Part shown: positions 45,521-56,483 of the stretch, piece by piece
Layout: the number at the start of each line of letters is the position of its first letter
How positions within the stretch are numbered: the stretch's first letter is position 1
DNA from: Cloacimonetes bacterium UBA3541
GTDB lineage: Bacteria > Cloacimonadota > Cloacimonadia > Cloacimonadales > Cloacimonadaceae
NCBI GenBank assembly: GCA_002376725.1
Contig: DFOM01000059.1
Location: 25,113-89,112, forward strand
DNA: 64,000 bases
Reading direction: 5' to 3'
Notes under the pieces: generated by a model
The model's input: only the letters and a program-made list of their open reading frames with translations
Told to the model about the DNA's origin: nothing
Databases searched by the model: none
Translations under genes and position numbers: made by a program

Positions 45521-48070
45521 ATGGAAGAACTGAATTCTAAATACCGGGGACTTTCTCAAGCTGAGGCAGAAGCCAGATTGAAAAAAGATGGGTATAATGA
45601 GTTACCCACTTCTAAACCTCGGACTATATTCAATATAATCTGGGGTGTATTAAGTGAACCTATGTTCATCCTTCTGGTTTCCTGTGCAGTATTGTATTTA
45701 CTATTAGGCAATCTGGAAGATGCTTTAGTGCTGATAGTTTCAGTAATCATTGTAATGGTAATTGATATAGTGCAAGAAGGGAAAACAGATAAGGCATTAG
45801 AAGCTCTGAAAAATCTATCCAGTCCACGAGCTTTAGTCATAAGAGATGGAGAACAGAAACGAATTCCAGGAAGAGAAGTAGTAGTAGGAGATTTGATAAT
45901 ATTAGCAGAAGGAGATAGAGTTCCGGCAGATGCTTTTATACTGAAAAATGAACAGCTAAATGTAGATGAATCGTTATTAACTGGAGAATCGGTACCTGTT
46001 CGCAAAAGAGTTTGGGATGGTAAAGAAAGTGCACCTCAACCTGGAGGAGAAGATTTACCCTGTGTTTATTCTGGAACTTTAGTAGTAAGTGGCAGATGTA
46101 TAGCTCAAGTTTATGCTACAGGTGCAAAAACAGAATTAGGTAAAATTGGGAAATCATTAGAAGGCTTACAAGAAGAGAAAACCAAACTAAGTCGTGATAC
46201 TAATAAACTGGTAAAGAATTTTGCTCTTTTCGGGTTATTTATTTGTGCCCTAGTAATAATTACCTTTTATTTCACCCGAAAAGATTTAATTCAAGCTTTT
46301 CTTAGTGGCATAACTTTAGCTATGTCTGTATTACCGGAAGAATTTCCCGTTATTCTTACCGTATTTCTGGCTTTAGGAGCTCTGCGTTTATCTAAAAAGA
46401 ATGTATTAGCCAGAAGAGCTCAATCTATAGAAAATCTTGGTGCTATAACTGTTTTATGTACAGATAAGACCGGCACTCTAACTTATAACAAAATGAGTTT
46501 ACAGAAGATTTGGGGGAAAGAAAGCTCTCATTCTATTTCTCTCAAAAAGATACAGAGAGACCAAGAAAAGGATATAGACCTATTATTTTATAGTGTTCTG
46601 GCTAGTATGAAGAATCCTTTTGACCCTATGGAACGAGCTATTCATAAAGCATTAAAAGATTTTGATTCTTCTATCTATGAGAAATATGAAGAATTGCAAC
46701 TGATTAAGGAATATCCGCTAACAGATAGTTGTAGAGCTATGACTAATGTTTGGAAAGATGGTAATTCAGATAATCTAATAGCTGCTATAAAAGGTTCACC
46801 TGAGACGGTAATGGATTTATGTAAATTAGACCATATTTCCAGAGAAAAAGAGATGCAAAAGATGTCTCAAATGGCAGAAGAAGGTTTGCGAGTTTTAGGT
46901 GTAGGATTATCAAAAGTTAAATCAGCTGATTTACCTGAAGAACAAGCTGGCTTTGATTTTCAATATCTTGGACTCATTGGTTTAGCAGATCCAATCAGAG
47001 AAAATGTTCCTGCTGCTGTAAAAGAATGTTACAGAGCAGGGATAAGGATTATTATGATAACGGGAGATTATATTGGTACTGCAAAAGCAATAGGAAGACA
47101 GATTGGTTTAAAAAATGTGGATAATGTAATAACTGGCTCAGAACTGGATACTATGACAGATGAAGAATTAAAAGAGAGAGTGCAAAATGTTACTATATTT
47201 GCCCGAGTAGTTCCAGCTCATAAATTAAGGATAGTTCAAGCATTGAAAGCCAATAATGAAGTAGTTGCAATGACGGGTGATGGTGTTAATGATGCACCGG
47301 CTCTTAAAGCTGCAAATATAGGAATAGCTATGGGACAAAGAGGAACTGATGTTGCTCGTGAAGCTGCAGATCTTGTTCTCACTGATGATGATTTTTCTTC
47401 TATTGTAAGTGGTATACGCATGGGAAGACGAATATATGATAATTTACGAAAATCTTTCACTTATGTATTTTCTCTGCATGTACCCATATCTGGAATGTCT
47501 CTTATACCAGCAATGTTTGCTGACTTTCCGCTAATCTTCTATCCGGTTCATATAGCTTTTTTAGAACTAATAATTGATCCTGCCTGCTCTATAGTGTTTG
47601 AAATGGAAAAAGAAGAAGAAGATATAATGGACAGACCTCCTCGTGATCCTAATGCTCCTCTTTTTGGGAAAAAAATGGTTATTATAGGTATGCTACAGGG
47701 TTTAGCCGTACTGGTTGTTTTGGCATTAATTTATTTCTGGAATCTGAATAATGGTGTAGTTCCCGCTAAAAATCGAGCTATGGTTTTTACCACGATGGTT
47801 TTTTCTAATCTAATGCTTATTACTACCAATCGCTCTTGGGAAAAGAATCTCATCCAAATCCTTAAAACACCCAATCCATCAATGATTTATCTTCTACTAG
47901 GGGTTTTTGTTGTCGTGATATTAGCCACAAATATTCCCGCCGTTATTAATATATTCCATCTCGCTAATTTAAATTTAATTGAATTTATTGTATGTCTTTT
48001 CGCTGGTAATATCAGTGTGCTCTGGTTTGAAATTTACAAGGCAATCAATGGTAAGAAAGCTCTAATATAA
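45521..48070 (+). CDS. Cation-translocating P-type ATPase (type II, Ca2+/Mg2+-like)
   Basis: TGES, CTDKTGTLTYN (phosphorylation site), MITGDYIGTA, MTGDGVNDAPALK, about 10 TM segments. Confidence 0.92.
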   Translation: MEELNSKYRGLSQAEAEARLKKDGYNELPTSKPRTIFNIIWGVLSEPMFILLVSCAVLYLLLGNLEDALVLIVSVIIVMVIDIVQEGKTDKALEALKNLSSPRALVIRDGEQKRIPGREVVVGDLIILAEGDRVPADAFILKNEQLNVDESLLTGESVPVRKRVWDGKESAPQPGGEDLPCVYSGTLVVSGRCIAQVYATGAKTELGKIGKSLEGLQEEKTKLSRDTNKLVKNFALFGLFICALVIITFYFTRKDLIQAFLSGITLAMSVLPEEFPVILTVFLALGALRLSKKNVLARRAQSIENLGAITVLCTDKTGTLTYNKMSLQKIWGKESSHSISLKKIQRDQEKDIDLLFYSVLASMKNPFDPMERAIHKALKDFDSSIYEKYEELQLIKEYPLTDSCRAMTNVWKDGNSDNLIAAIKGSPETVMDLCKLDHISREKEMQKMSQMAEEGLRVLGVGLSKVKSADLPEEQAGFDFQYLGLIGLADPIRENVPAAVKECYRAGIRIIMITGDYIGTAKAIGRQIGLKNVDNVITGSELDTMTDEELKERVQNVTIFARVVPAHKLRIVQALKANNEVVAMTGDGVNDAPALKAANIGIAMGQRGTDVAREAADLVLTDDDFSSIVSGIRMGRRIYDNLRKSFTYVFSLHVPISGMSLIPAMFADFPLIFYPVHIAFLELIIDPACSIVFEMEKEEEDIMDRPPRDPNAPLFGKKMVIIGMLQGLAVLVVLALIYFWNLNNGVVPAKNRAMVFTTMVFSNLMLITTNRSWEKNLIQILKTPNPSMIYLLLGVFVVVILATNIPAVINIFHLANLNLIEFIVCLFAGNISVLWFEIYKAINGKKALI

Positions 48071-48160
48071 GATTTACTAAATCATTCTTACTAGGTACAA
48101 TAGAAGGAATTAAAATCCTCACCTATAAGCAATCTCTTTATCTTAATATAAGGTTCTATA

Positions 48161-49636
48161 TCAGTGAATCTTATTCAAGGCAATGCTATACTTTCCTGTT
48201 CTAATAAGGGTTTTGAACTTACCGAAACGTTTTGTGCTATTGAAGAGAGATGAGGCATTTGTTGGATTATACTTACTATATATATCCTGAGCTTCAGCCC
48301 AGGTTATTTCGTCTAAAGGAGAGGTTGCAGGTGCAAAGAGTTCCTGTTCCCAGTTTTCTGCATTGAGAGTAGAATTGCCTGAAGATCTCGCAATAGCTAT
48401 AGCAAGAAGAGCTTCAATCTGTTCTTGATTTAGATTATAGCCTGCTTTAGTGCTTAGAAGTTCATAGGCAAGATAAATGGTTTGCCCAGGCAGGATGTAG
48501 ATAACGGTATTATCTCTGGTTCGCGAGAAGAATTTAAGATTCTTTGCCTGGTTCTTTTTATCGCTCATTTTAGAAAACGCTTCCTGAAAATGTGCATTTG
48601 CTGAGCTTGCACCAAGTTTTTCATCTATAATTCTCTCATCTAAGGGAAGATATGAAACTTCTGCGTTCTCTTCATTCTGTTTAATCTTTTCTGGTAAAGT
48701 TGAAACTGTATTTTGTTCTTCTTTTAAAGTATCTGCAGAGATTGCAGTTTGAGCTTCGGGGATTTTTTTCAAGGATTGAGTATAGAAGAAAAGAGCTACC
48801 AGAAATACTACAATTGTTAAAATAAGAGCAATAGAGGGATAAAAATGTTTGGGATGAGAAGCAGAAACTTCTTCTTGAATAACTACCGGTTTGCTGATAA
48901 GCACTTCTACTACCTGTACGGTAATATCATCTAGACCTCCACGATGAAGAGCCAGATCAATCAGATTATGAGCTGCTATTAGCGGTTCTTCCGATAATTG
49001 TTGTAAAATCTCATCATCTTTCACATATTCAGTTAAGCCATCAGAACAGAGCAAAAATACATCTCCTTCCTGCAAATGATGAGGACCAGCTATATCTGGT
49101 TTATAATTGGAGGATCCTAGAGCACGCGTTATGATATTTCTTAAAGGATGGATAGCAGCTTCTTCTCTGGTAATCAAGCCTTGTTCCACCATTCTCTGGA
49201 CTTCGGAATGGTCAGTAGTAAGTTGCATTAAAGCACCATTTCTAAGAAGATAGATACGACTATCACCCACATTGGCAAAATAGTATTTATTATCCTTAAT
49301 CAGCAAAAGTACAAGAGTGGTGCCCATTCCAGCCATATCTGGCTGTAGTTTTGTATATTCTATTAACTTATATTGAGCATATTCCACACTCTGAGCAATG
49401 GTAGTGTTTTCTTCTCCTTCAATATAATGTGTTTCAAAATATTCGTGAATACTTTCCACCACCATTCGGGAAGCGATTTCCCCACCTACTTCTCCACCCA
49501 TACCATCACAGAGTAAAAACAGGTCACCATATTTGCCCTGATAATGGCAGGAATAATCTTCATTATTAACTTTTGCAGGATTTTTACCCTGAACGGTTAA
49601 ACTGGTAAATCGTAAACGAACTGAGTTATTAGCCAT
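48161..49636 (-). CDS. PP2C-family Ser/Thr phosphatase with TM segment and extracytoplasmic C-terminal domain
   Basis: LLCDGMGGEVGGEIAS, GMGTTLV, FLLCSDGLTEYV, GGLDDITVQVVEV. TM segment FYPSIALILTIVVFLVALFFY. Confidence 0.88.
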   Translation of the reverse strand: MANNSVRLRFTSLTVQGKNPAKVNNEDYSCHYQGKYGDLFLLCDGMGGEVGGEIASRMVVESIHEYFETHYIEGEENTTIAQSVEYAQYKLIEYTKLQPDMAGMGTTLVLLLIKDNKYYFANVGDSRIYLLRNGALMQLTTDHSEVQRMVEQGLITREEAAIHPLRNIITRALGSSNYKPDIAGPHHLQEGDVFLLCSDGLTEYVKDDEILQQLSEEPLIAAHNLIDLALHRGGLDDITVQVVEVLISKPVVIQEEVSASHPKHFYPSIALILTIVVFLVALFFYTQSLKKIPEAQTAISADTLKEEQNTVSTLPEKIKQNEENAEVSYLPLDERIIDEKLGASSANAHFQEAFSKMSDKKNQAKNLKFFSRTRDNTVIYILPGQTIYLAYELLSTKAGYNLNQEQIEALLAIAIARSSGNSTLNAENWEQELFAPATSPLDEITWAEAQDIYSKYNPTNASSLFNSTKRFGKFKTLIRTGKYSIALNKIH

Positions 49637-49817
49637 AATTAAAACTCCTGTTCTTTAGACTACTATTTATTTCAGCGAAATAAAATACTCTATATCCTTA
49701 AAAAGCCTAAACCATAAAGAATTTCTTCTTTTCTTTATTCAGGTGTATAGAAAGATGACAGTAGGTATACAACGATGACACTGCTATTTTTACTTTCTTT
49801 ACATCTCAAAGTATAGT

Positions 49818-50465
49818 TTACTTAAGCTTATCAGGTACAATTAATTCAGCCTCCGTTGCTGTAAGTACTTCCTGAAGGGTATATCCTTCTGTAATTTCTT
49901 TGAGCAATAAACCCTGAGGCGTGACCTCTATCACAGCCATATCAGTTATAATAAGATTTACACAATGAGGAGCAGTTAAAGGAAGCGAACAATGTTTCAG
50001 AATCTTAGGATTGCCGTGTTTATCACAATGTTCCATAGCAACAATGACTTTTTTAGCTCCTGTCACAAGGTCCATAGCTCCTCCCATACCAGGAATAAGT
50101 TTTCCAGGAATCATCCAGTTAGCAAGATTGCCTTCTTGGTCAACCTGTAAAGCTCCCAGTACTGTAACATCAATATGTTTACCCCGGATAATGGCAAAGC
50201 TGGTAGCAGAATCAAAGAAAGAAGCTCCCGGAAGAGCAGTAATATACCCGCCGCCAGCATTAATCATATCCTTATCTTCCTGTCCTTCTACTGGTGCAGG
50301 ACCTACTCCCATAATGCCATTTTCCGATTGAAATACCACTTTCCTACCTTCTGGAATATGATTAGCTGCTTCAGTAGGCAAACCTATGCCAAGATTTACA
50401 TAATCTCCGTCCTGAAGTTCTTGAGCCACACGTTTTCCGATTTGAGTGCGTTTATCGTTAGTCAT
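49818..50465 (-). CDS. 3-oxoacid/acetate CoA-transferase subunit B
   Basis: ENGIMGVGPAP, FDSATSFAIIRGKHIDVTVLGALQVD, GMGGAMDLVTGAKKVIV. Confidence 0.9.
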   Translation of the reverse strand: MTNDKRTQIGKRVAQELQDGDYVNLGIGLPTEAANHIPEGRKVVFQSENGIMGVGPAPVEGQEDKDMINAGGGYITALPGASFFDSATSFAIIRGKHIDVTVLGALQVDQEGNLANWMIPGKLIPGMGGAMDLVTGAKKVIVAMEHCDKHGNPKILKHCSLPLTAPHCVNLIITDMAVIEVTPQGLLLKEITEGYTLQEVLTATEAELIVPDKLK

Positions 50466-51124
50466 TTTCCCCTCTCTTCGTTTATAACAATGTAATTTAC
50501 GAATACTCCAGGAGTAACCACTGCTTCCGGATCAATATATTCATCTTCTAAAATCTCATCTACTTCAGCAATAGTAATTCTTCCTGCCATAGCCATAATA
50601 GGATTTCCGTTACGAGCAGTTTTACGATAAATAAGATTTCCTGCCATATCTGCTTTATATGCTCTAATCAGTGCAAAATCGCTTGGAATAGCAGGCTCTA
50701 ATAGGTAATCTTGCCCGTCTAAAGTAATGATTTGTTTCCCTTCTTCTACCACAGTGCCTAATCCAGTAGGAGTGAGAACACCTCCCAATCCTGCACCAAA
50801 AGCACGAACTCTTTCCATTAAAGTTCCCTGTGGAATTAGTTCCGACTGAATTTCTCCTGAATTAACCTGGTCTTGGATATTTTTATTAGTGCCCATATGA
50901 GAAACCTGCACACTTTTTACCAGGTGAGCATCCACTAGTTTACCAATGCCTTTACCAATATAATCAGAAGTGATAGCAATAATATGCAGATTATTGACAC
51001 CTGCTTTAACAATAGCATCAATGATGGTTTCGGGAGTTCCAACCGCTAAAAATCCACCTAATGCAATACGACTATGAGGTTTAATAATCGCAGCTGCTTC
51101 TTCTGCACTAATGATTTGAAACAT
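50462..51124 (-). CDS. 3-oxoacid/acetate CoA-transferase subunit A
   Basis: IALGGFLAVGTPE, ELIPQGTLMERVRAFGAGLGG, IRAYKADMAGNL. Overlaps subunit B by 4 nt. Confidence 0.9.
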   Translation of the reverse strand: MFQIISAEEAAAIIKPHSRIALGGFLAVGTPETIIDAIVKAGVNNLHIIAITSDYIGKGIGKLVDAHLVKSVQVSHMGTNKNIQDQVNSGEIQSELIPQGTLMERVRAFGAGLGGVLTPTGLGTVVEEGKQIITLDGQDYLLEPAIPSDFALIRAYKADMAGNLIYRKTARNGNPIMAMAGRITIAEVDEILEDEYIDPEAVVTPGVFVNYIVINEERGK

Positions 51125-51183
51125 TCTTTTCTCCTTTAGTAGTATGAATAATAAATTAAAGACTGCTTAATAATAATTAAGTT

Positions 51184-52512
51184 TTATGTCAATAGATAGT
51201 CCTGAAAGTAATGTATATCATCCTGACTGATAATAGCTTCAAGATAGATGCCATCAGCTTGATATTCTTCTTTTTGGATATCGCCAATCTGATGCAAAAG
51301 CGAAGTCAGAGAACCCTTATCATAGGGTAAAAATACTTTGTAAAGTCTGTTACGAAATAGAGTTTCCTCTACCTTTTGCAGAAGGTCTTCAGTGTGGCTT
51401 CCATTCAAAGCAGAGACAAAAACTGCATCTGGATATCGCTTTTTTGCAAGACTTAAGCGGACAGTATCAACCAAATCTATCTTATTAAAAACCTGTATCT
51501 GAGGAATGTTATCTGCACCAAGTTCTTTAAGCACTGATTGCACCTGTTCAATATGATACTCATAACGGTCATCGGAAAGGTCTACTATATGAAGTAAGAG
51601 ATCTGCGTCCTGCACTTCCATCAAGGTTGCAGTAAACGAAGCAACCAATTGATGAGGAAGCCTAGAGATGAAACCTACTGTATCTGAGATGACAACTGGA
51701 AAAGAAGTGGAAAGTTTTAATTGACGTGTAGTGGAATCCAGAGTGGCAAATAACTTATCTTCCACCAGAACTCCTGCTTCGGTCAGTGTATTAAATAGGG
51801 TTGATTTTCCCGCGTTAGTATAACCTACTAGGCAGATTTTCTTACTTTTTTCTCTTTGTTTTCGCTGAGTTTCTTTGTTTTTGGATATCTCTGCTATAGC
51901 TTTTTTTATTTTGCTAATCCTATCTTTAATAACCCTTTTGTCTACTTCAATCTGTTTTTCTCCCATACCACGAGACGCTGAACCCCCACGAGAACGAACT
52001 GTTCCATGTTCCTGATCATAATTTTCTGATTGCCTGCGTAAACGAGGAAGCTGGTATTGCAATTCTGCTAAGCGAACTTGCAATCTTGCTTCTTTGGTAT
52101 GGGCATGCTGATGGAAAATGGAAAGAATAACCTCTGTTCTATCCAGTACTTTTATTCCATAATCATTTTCTATGTTTCTGGCTTGAACGGGAGTTAATTC
52201 GTCATTTACTATGAGAAAATCAGCATTATTCTGATGCATTTTTCGGCTCAATTCTTCCAGAAAACCTTTCCCAAAATAGGTGCTACTTTCGGGATTCTCT
52301 CGTTTTTGGATATATTTACCCAAAACAGCGATATTAGCAGTTTCGGCAAGTTTTTCCAGTTCATTTAAGCTGGCTTCTGTATCAGAATCCTTTTCACCTC
52401 GGAAAGCAAGAGAAGCCAAAAAAGCGGTCTTTTCTTCTTCCTCTCCTTTATCCCAGTAAACTGGTTCATTATCAAATTCTTCTACCAGATAATCTTTTTC
52501 TTCATCCAACAT
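51184..52512 (-). CDS. hflX: GTPase HflX
   Basis: HflX N-domain LTPVQARNIENDYGIKVLDRTEVILSIF. G-motifs LVGYTNAGKSTLFNTL, DTVGFI, NKIDL. Confidence 0.92.
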   Translation of the reverse strand: MLDEEKDYLVEEFDNEPVYWDKGEEEEKTAFLASLAFRGEKDSDTEASLNELEKLAETANIAVLGKYIQKRENPESSTYFGKGFLEELSRKMHQNNADFLIVNDELTPVQARNIENDYGIKVLDRTEVILSIFHQHAHTKEARLQVRLAELQYQLPRLRRQSENYDQEHGTVRSRGGSASRGMGEKQIEVDKRVIKDRISKIKKAIAEISKNKETQRKQREKSKKICLVGYTNAGKSTLFNTLTEAGVLVEDKLFATLDSTTRQLKLSTSFPVVISDTVGFISRLPHQLVASFTATLMEVQDADLLLHIVDLSDDRYEYHIEQVQSVLKELGADNIPQIQVFNKIDLVDTVRLSLAKKRYPDAVFVSALNGSHTEDLLQKVEETLFRNRLYKVFLPYDKGSLTSLLHQIGDIQKEEYQADGIYLEAIISQDDIHYFQDYLLT

Positions 52513-52568
52513 ATTTTTAACTCCCGCTGGACATTAGCTCAAATCTTAATTTTGTGTCAATAGGACAG

Positions 52569-53866
52569 TTACTTATTTTGTAAGAAATCTTGCAAAGCTT
52601 TAATGCTCCTTTCCACCAGAGCTAACTTCTTTTGTTTTTTATCGCGTATGGGCTTATTGAGAGCAGGAAGCAAGCCAAAATTAGCGTTAACTGGCTGAAA
52701 ATTCTGAATATTGGTATCAATTAACCGACGCCAGATTTGTCCCATTATCGTCTCCGGAGGTAGTAAAGACATATCTTCTGAGATAACCTTAGCTACCAAA
52801 AGACCAGAAGCAATGCATTCCACATAACCTTCTACTCCACTTAGTTGTCCTGCTACGAAAACATTGGGAGCATTTTTAAGACTGAGATTGTCAGATAATA
52901 CTTCAGGAGCATTAAGATAACTATTACGATGTAGAGAACCATAGCGTAAAAATTCTGCCTTTTCCAAACCAGGGATTAGTCTGAAGATTCTTTTTTGTTC
53001 TGAATAACGAAGCATGGTTTGGCAACCGACTAAATTATAAGCAGTATGTTCATGATTTTCGGGACGTAGTTGCAGGACAGCAAAAGGTGTTTCACCTTTT
53101 CTTTCCAATCCTATAGGTCTCATAACTCCAAATCGCAAGGTATCTTTTCCTCTCTTGGCAAGTTCTTCAATGGGCATACAATTTTGATAAAACTTCATTT
53201 TTTCATCGGTCATATCATTTTCAAAGGAATGCGGTTGATGTTTTTCACCAGTTAGTAAAGTTTCCACAAAATGGTAGTACTCTTCTTTTGTAAAAGGGCA
53301 ATTCAAATAATCCGGCTCTCCCTTGTCATATCGGTCTTTAAAGTAAATTTTATCCATATTCAGACTATCGGTTGAAACAATAGGAGCAATGGCATCATAA
53401 AAATAAAGATGAGCTGAACCTACAACAGATATAAGTGCCTGAATGAGATTATCAGAAGTTAAAGGTCCGGTGGCAATAATAGTTAAGCCTGTGGGAATAT
53501 AGTTATCTCTTCATTTATAAACTCTATATTCGGATGCTGAATGATATTATTAGTAACATATTCGGCAAAGATTTTACGGTCTACCGTCAGAGAATGTCCA
53601 GCTGAGATATTACAGCTTTCAGCAATAGGCAAAAGCTTTGAACCTAGCAGATGCAACTCCTCTTTTAGTAATCCTGAAGGACTGTCTAATAGAGTAGATT
53701 TGAAGGAATTACTGCAGACTAGTTCAGCTAGATATCCGGTTTGATGAGCAGGAGTCATTTTCTTCGGTCTCATCTCATAGAGCTGCACTTTCCATCCCTT
53801 GTCAGCCAGGTATAAAGCAGCTTCACTGCCAGCTAATCCTGCTCCAATTATTTTAATCTCGGGCAT
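52569..53866 (-). pseudogene. trmFO: tRNA (uracil54-C5)-methyltransferase TrmFO, interrupted by a 1-nt frameshift
   Basis: ORF 53866-53483 reads MPEIKIIGAGLAGSEAALYLA...ELVCSNSFKS...HPNIEFINEEITIFPQA*. The adjacent frame (one nt back) continues ...PTGLTIIATGPLTSDNLIQALISVVGSAHLYFYDAIAPIVSTDSLNMDKIYFKDRYDKG into ORF 53357-52569. The shift must lie within 53486-53510. Confidence 0.85.
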
Positions 53867-53876
53867 ATGACACTAT

Positions 53877-54764
53877 TTATTTTGTCCTTTTAACTTTTAA
53901 AAATATAGCAGCTCCAATCAGGGCAGCAGCAACATCCTGAATTATAAAAATGATGAGAGTAGTACTGACAATATGTTCTGACATATAACCGATATCAGAA
54001 AGTAACGGAATAGCCAGTTTTTCTTTTATTCCTAAACCGGCAAAAGTGATGGGAATGCCATAGGCAAGATGACTTAAAGACATTCTATTCATAATTTCCC
54101 AGAAACTAACTGATTGCACTTGATCTAATAAAATCCAGTATTGAACATAATTCAGAAGAGTAATAACAATCTGTGCTACTACCATTGCAGGAGCTAATTT
54201 TAGGTATCCTGGTTGTAGTTTTTTTAAACGACGGTCCACAGAAAGTAAAAAATAGGTCCAGAAGGGCATCGTTATAAATATCAAAAATAAAAGCCAGCTA
54301 ATCCAGGAAGGCAGACCTATATCTACAAATACAAGAGCCAATCCAGTAAAAAATAATAAAGCCCAGATTACAAAGATTCGTTCTAAAATAAATGAATAAA
54401 GAGAATTTATCCGACTATCATTATGTATAAAGGCTATCTTACCTATCATTCCAAAACTGCCTGGAATGGCAAAGCGAAGAGCCTGCCCTATCATATAAGA
54501 ATTAAAAATTTCATATTTGGCAGGATGATAATTGGGATTAATCATTAAAGCCCATTTCCAGGTGAGATATTGTCCCCAGTGTCTTAGCACGGTAAGTCCT
54601 ATCAAAACCAATATAACCCATACCGGTTGAGTGACAAATTCCCTTCCTACTTCTTTTAAATCTAACTTACTGAATATACTCCACATAATTAAGATAGTAA
54701 TACCCAGCTTTAGAATAAAAGAAATGACCCCCCGCAGGTTGCTCTTATTCTTTTCCGTTTGCAT
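53877..54764 (-). CDS. Polytopic membrane protein (UPF0104/lysyl-PG-synthase TM-region-like flippase family)
   Basis: About 8 TM segments, with an N-terminal basic stretch followed by FSKLDLKEV, typical of this family. Weak call. Confidence 0.45.
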   Translation of the reverse strand: MQTEKNKSNLRGVISFILKLGITILIMWSIFSKLDLKEVGREFVTQPVWVILVLIGLTVLRHWGQYLTWKWALMINPNYHPAKYEIFNSYMIGQALRFAIPGSFGMIGKIAFIHNDSRINSLYSFILERIFVIWALLFFTGLALVFVDIGLPSWISWLLFLIFITMPFWTYFLLSVDRRLKKLQPGYLKLAPAMVVAQIVITLLNYVQYWILLDQVQSVSFWEIMNRMSLSHLAYGIPITFAGLGIKEKLAIPLLSDIGYMSEHIVSTTLIIFIIQDVAAALIGAAIFLKVKRTK

Positions 54765-54765
54765 C

Positions 54766-56223
54766 TTATTTAGAGATTAAATTATTAGTATATTGTAAAG
54801 CTTCTTCAATCAGTTTTCGGGAAACAGGAAGAATACTCCCATCATTCATCATTTTGTGACAGGTTTCTCGGGCTTGTTGAATATCATCTCTAGCTTGATT
54901 ATATAAATAATCATAACTATAAACTTTCCTTGCAACTCCTTCCTTTATCGCTTGAGTGGCAACCTCTGCCGCTTCATAAGAAAAGACATCTGCTTCATCC
55001 ATCCTAGGAATAATGCTATCAGGTGATATACCTCTTTTTTCTGCAAAATCTGCTAGAGAATAAGCAGCTTTAATAGCCATAGCATCTGTAATTTGACGAG
55101 CACGAACAAGTAAAGCTCCTTTCAGGATACCTGGAAAACCTAAAGAGTTGTTTATCTGATTAGGAAAATCTCCTCTTCCTGTAGCAACAATGAAAGCTCC
55201 AGCTTTTTTAGCAGCATAAGGATAGATTTCGGGAACTGGATTGGCACAGGCAAAAACAATAGGTTTATCTGCCATTAATCTAATCCATTCTGGCTTAATA
55301 ATATCCGGTCCTGGGGTGGAAAGAGAGATGAGAACATCAGCATCTTTCATTGCTTCTTCCATTGTATTAAAATGCTTGGGATTAGTCTTCTGAGCAAATT
55401 CCCACTGCCTAAATTTAGCTGGATTATTTGCTAAATCCACTCTTTCTGAATGTAGTGCACCTTTGCTATCAAACATAACCAAATTTATCGGTTCTAACCC
55501 TTCCTGCAACAAAAAACGAGCTATAGTTGTATTAGAAGCACCCGCACCATATAGCACCACTCTAATTTCCGACATCTTCTTATCGGTTAATTTTAATGCA
55601 TTAATCAACCCAGCAAGAGTTACGCAGGCTGTGCCTTGAGCATCATCATGCCAGACAGGAATTTCACAGGAAAAACGCAAATCATCCAGAACATAGTAAC
55701 AATTAGGTTGGGAAATATCTTCCAGATTAACCGCTCCAACGCTGGGTTCCAACATCTTAACAAAATCTATAAGCTTTTCTGGGACAGGTTTACCTTCTGG
55801 ATTACGGTCATTAACACAGAGAGCAATAGCATCTAAACCACCCAGATATTTCATCAACATTGCCTTTCCTTCCATAACACCTAAACCGCCATAGATTCCA
55901 CAATCTCCATCTCCTAAAACCCTAGTGCTATCAGTTACAATCGCTACTAAATTGCCACGATTGCTCAATTCAAAGGATTCTCCAGGATTATCACGAATTG
56001 TAGTAGAGACAGATGAAACTCCAGGTGTATACCATACATTGAACCAATTGAAATTCCAAATTCCAGCTTTGGGCAAAGTTTGCATCTTTCCCTGATAATA
56101 ACGATGCATCAATTCAGCTAACTTTTTCAGAAAAATAGTTTGAGCTAAAGCTCTATTCTCTACTAAATAATTGCAATTAAAAAAATCTTCTAGATTTGAA
56201 AGGTCAGTTTTCAATACTTCCAT
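54766..56223 (-). CDS. NAD(P)-dependent malic enzyme
   Basis: GVMEGKAMLMKYLGGLDAIALCV, DISQPNCY, VVLYGAGASNTTIARFL, FACANPVPE. Confidence 0.9.
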   Translation of the reverse strand: MEVLKTDLSNLEDFFNCNYLVENRALAQTIFLKKLAELMHRYYQGKMQTLPKAGIWNFNWFNVWYTPGVSSVSTTIRDNPGESFELSNRGNLVAIVTDSTRVLGDGDCGIYGGLGVMEGKAMLMKYLGGLDAIALCVNDRNPEGKPVPEKLIDFVKMLEPSVGAVNLEDISQPNCYYVLDDLRFSCEIPVWHDDAQGTACVTLAGLINALKLTDKKMSEIRVVLYGAGASNTTIARFLLQEGLEPINLVMFDSKGALHSERVDLANNPAKFRQWEFAQKTNPKHFNTMEEAMKDADVLISLSTPGPDIIKPEWIRLMADKPIVFACANPVPEIYPYAAKKAGAFIVATGRGDFPNQINNSLGFPGILKGALLVRARQITDAMAIKAAYSLADFAEKRGISPDSIIPRMDEADVFSYEAAEVATQAIKEGVARKVYSYDYLYNQARDDIQQARETCHKMMNDGSILPVSRKLIEEALQYTNNLISK

Positions 56224-56250
56224 TTATATATCCAAAAATTTAATAAATTC

Positions 56251-56292
56251 ATAATCGGAAAAATAGTAAATATTGTCAATTAAATTGACAAT
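56251..56292 (-). promoter_or_regulatory. Candidate promoter overlapped by a perfect 9-3-9 palindrome upstream of the malic enzyme operon
   Basis: ATTGTCAAT-TAA-ATTGACAAT at 56272-56292. On the minus strand: TTGACA (56279-56274), a 17-nt spacer, then GATTAT (56256-56251). The start codon is at 56223. Confidence 0.35.
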
Positions 56293-56483
56293 CATTCCTC
56301 TCTATTTAACATTTAAACAGTAAATTAACAAACTCTTTTTAAGGGAAAGAAAAACCCTTTAAACACCTATTCAAGCATCCAAAAAAAGCCATTAGCATTT
56401 ATTTTGTAATCCCTAGCTAAATTATAAGACACTTTTTCATTATAATAATATTTTATTCTGCATTGAACTCTTAACTCCATCCT

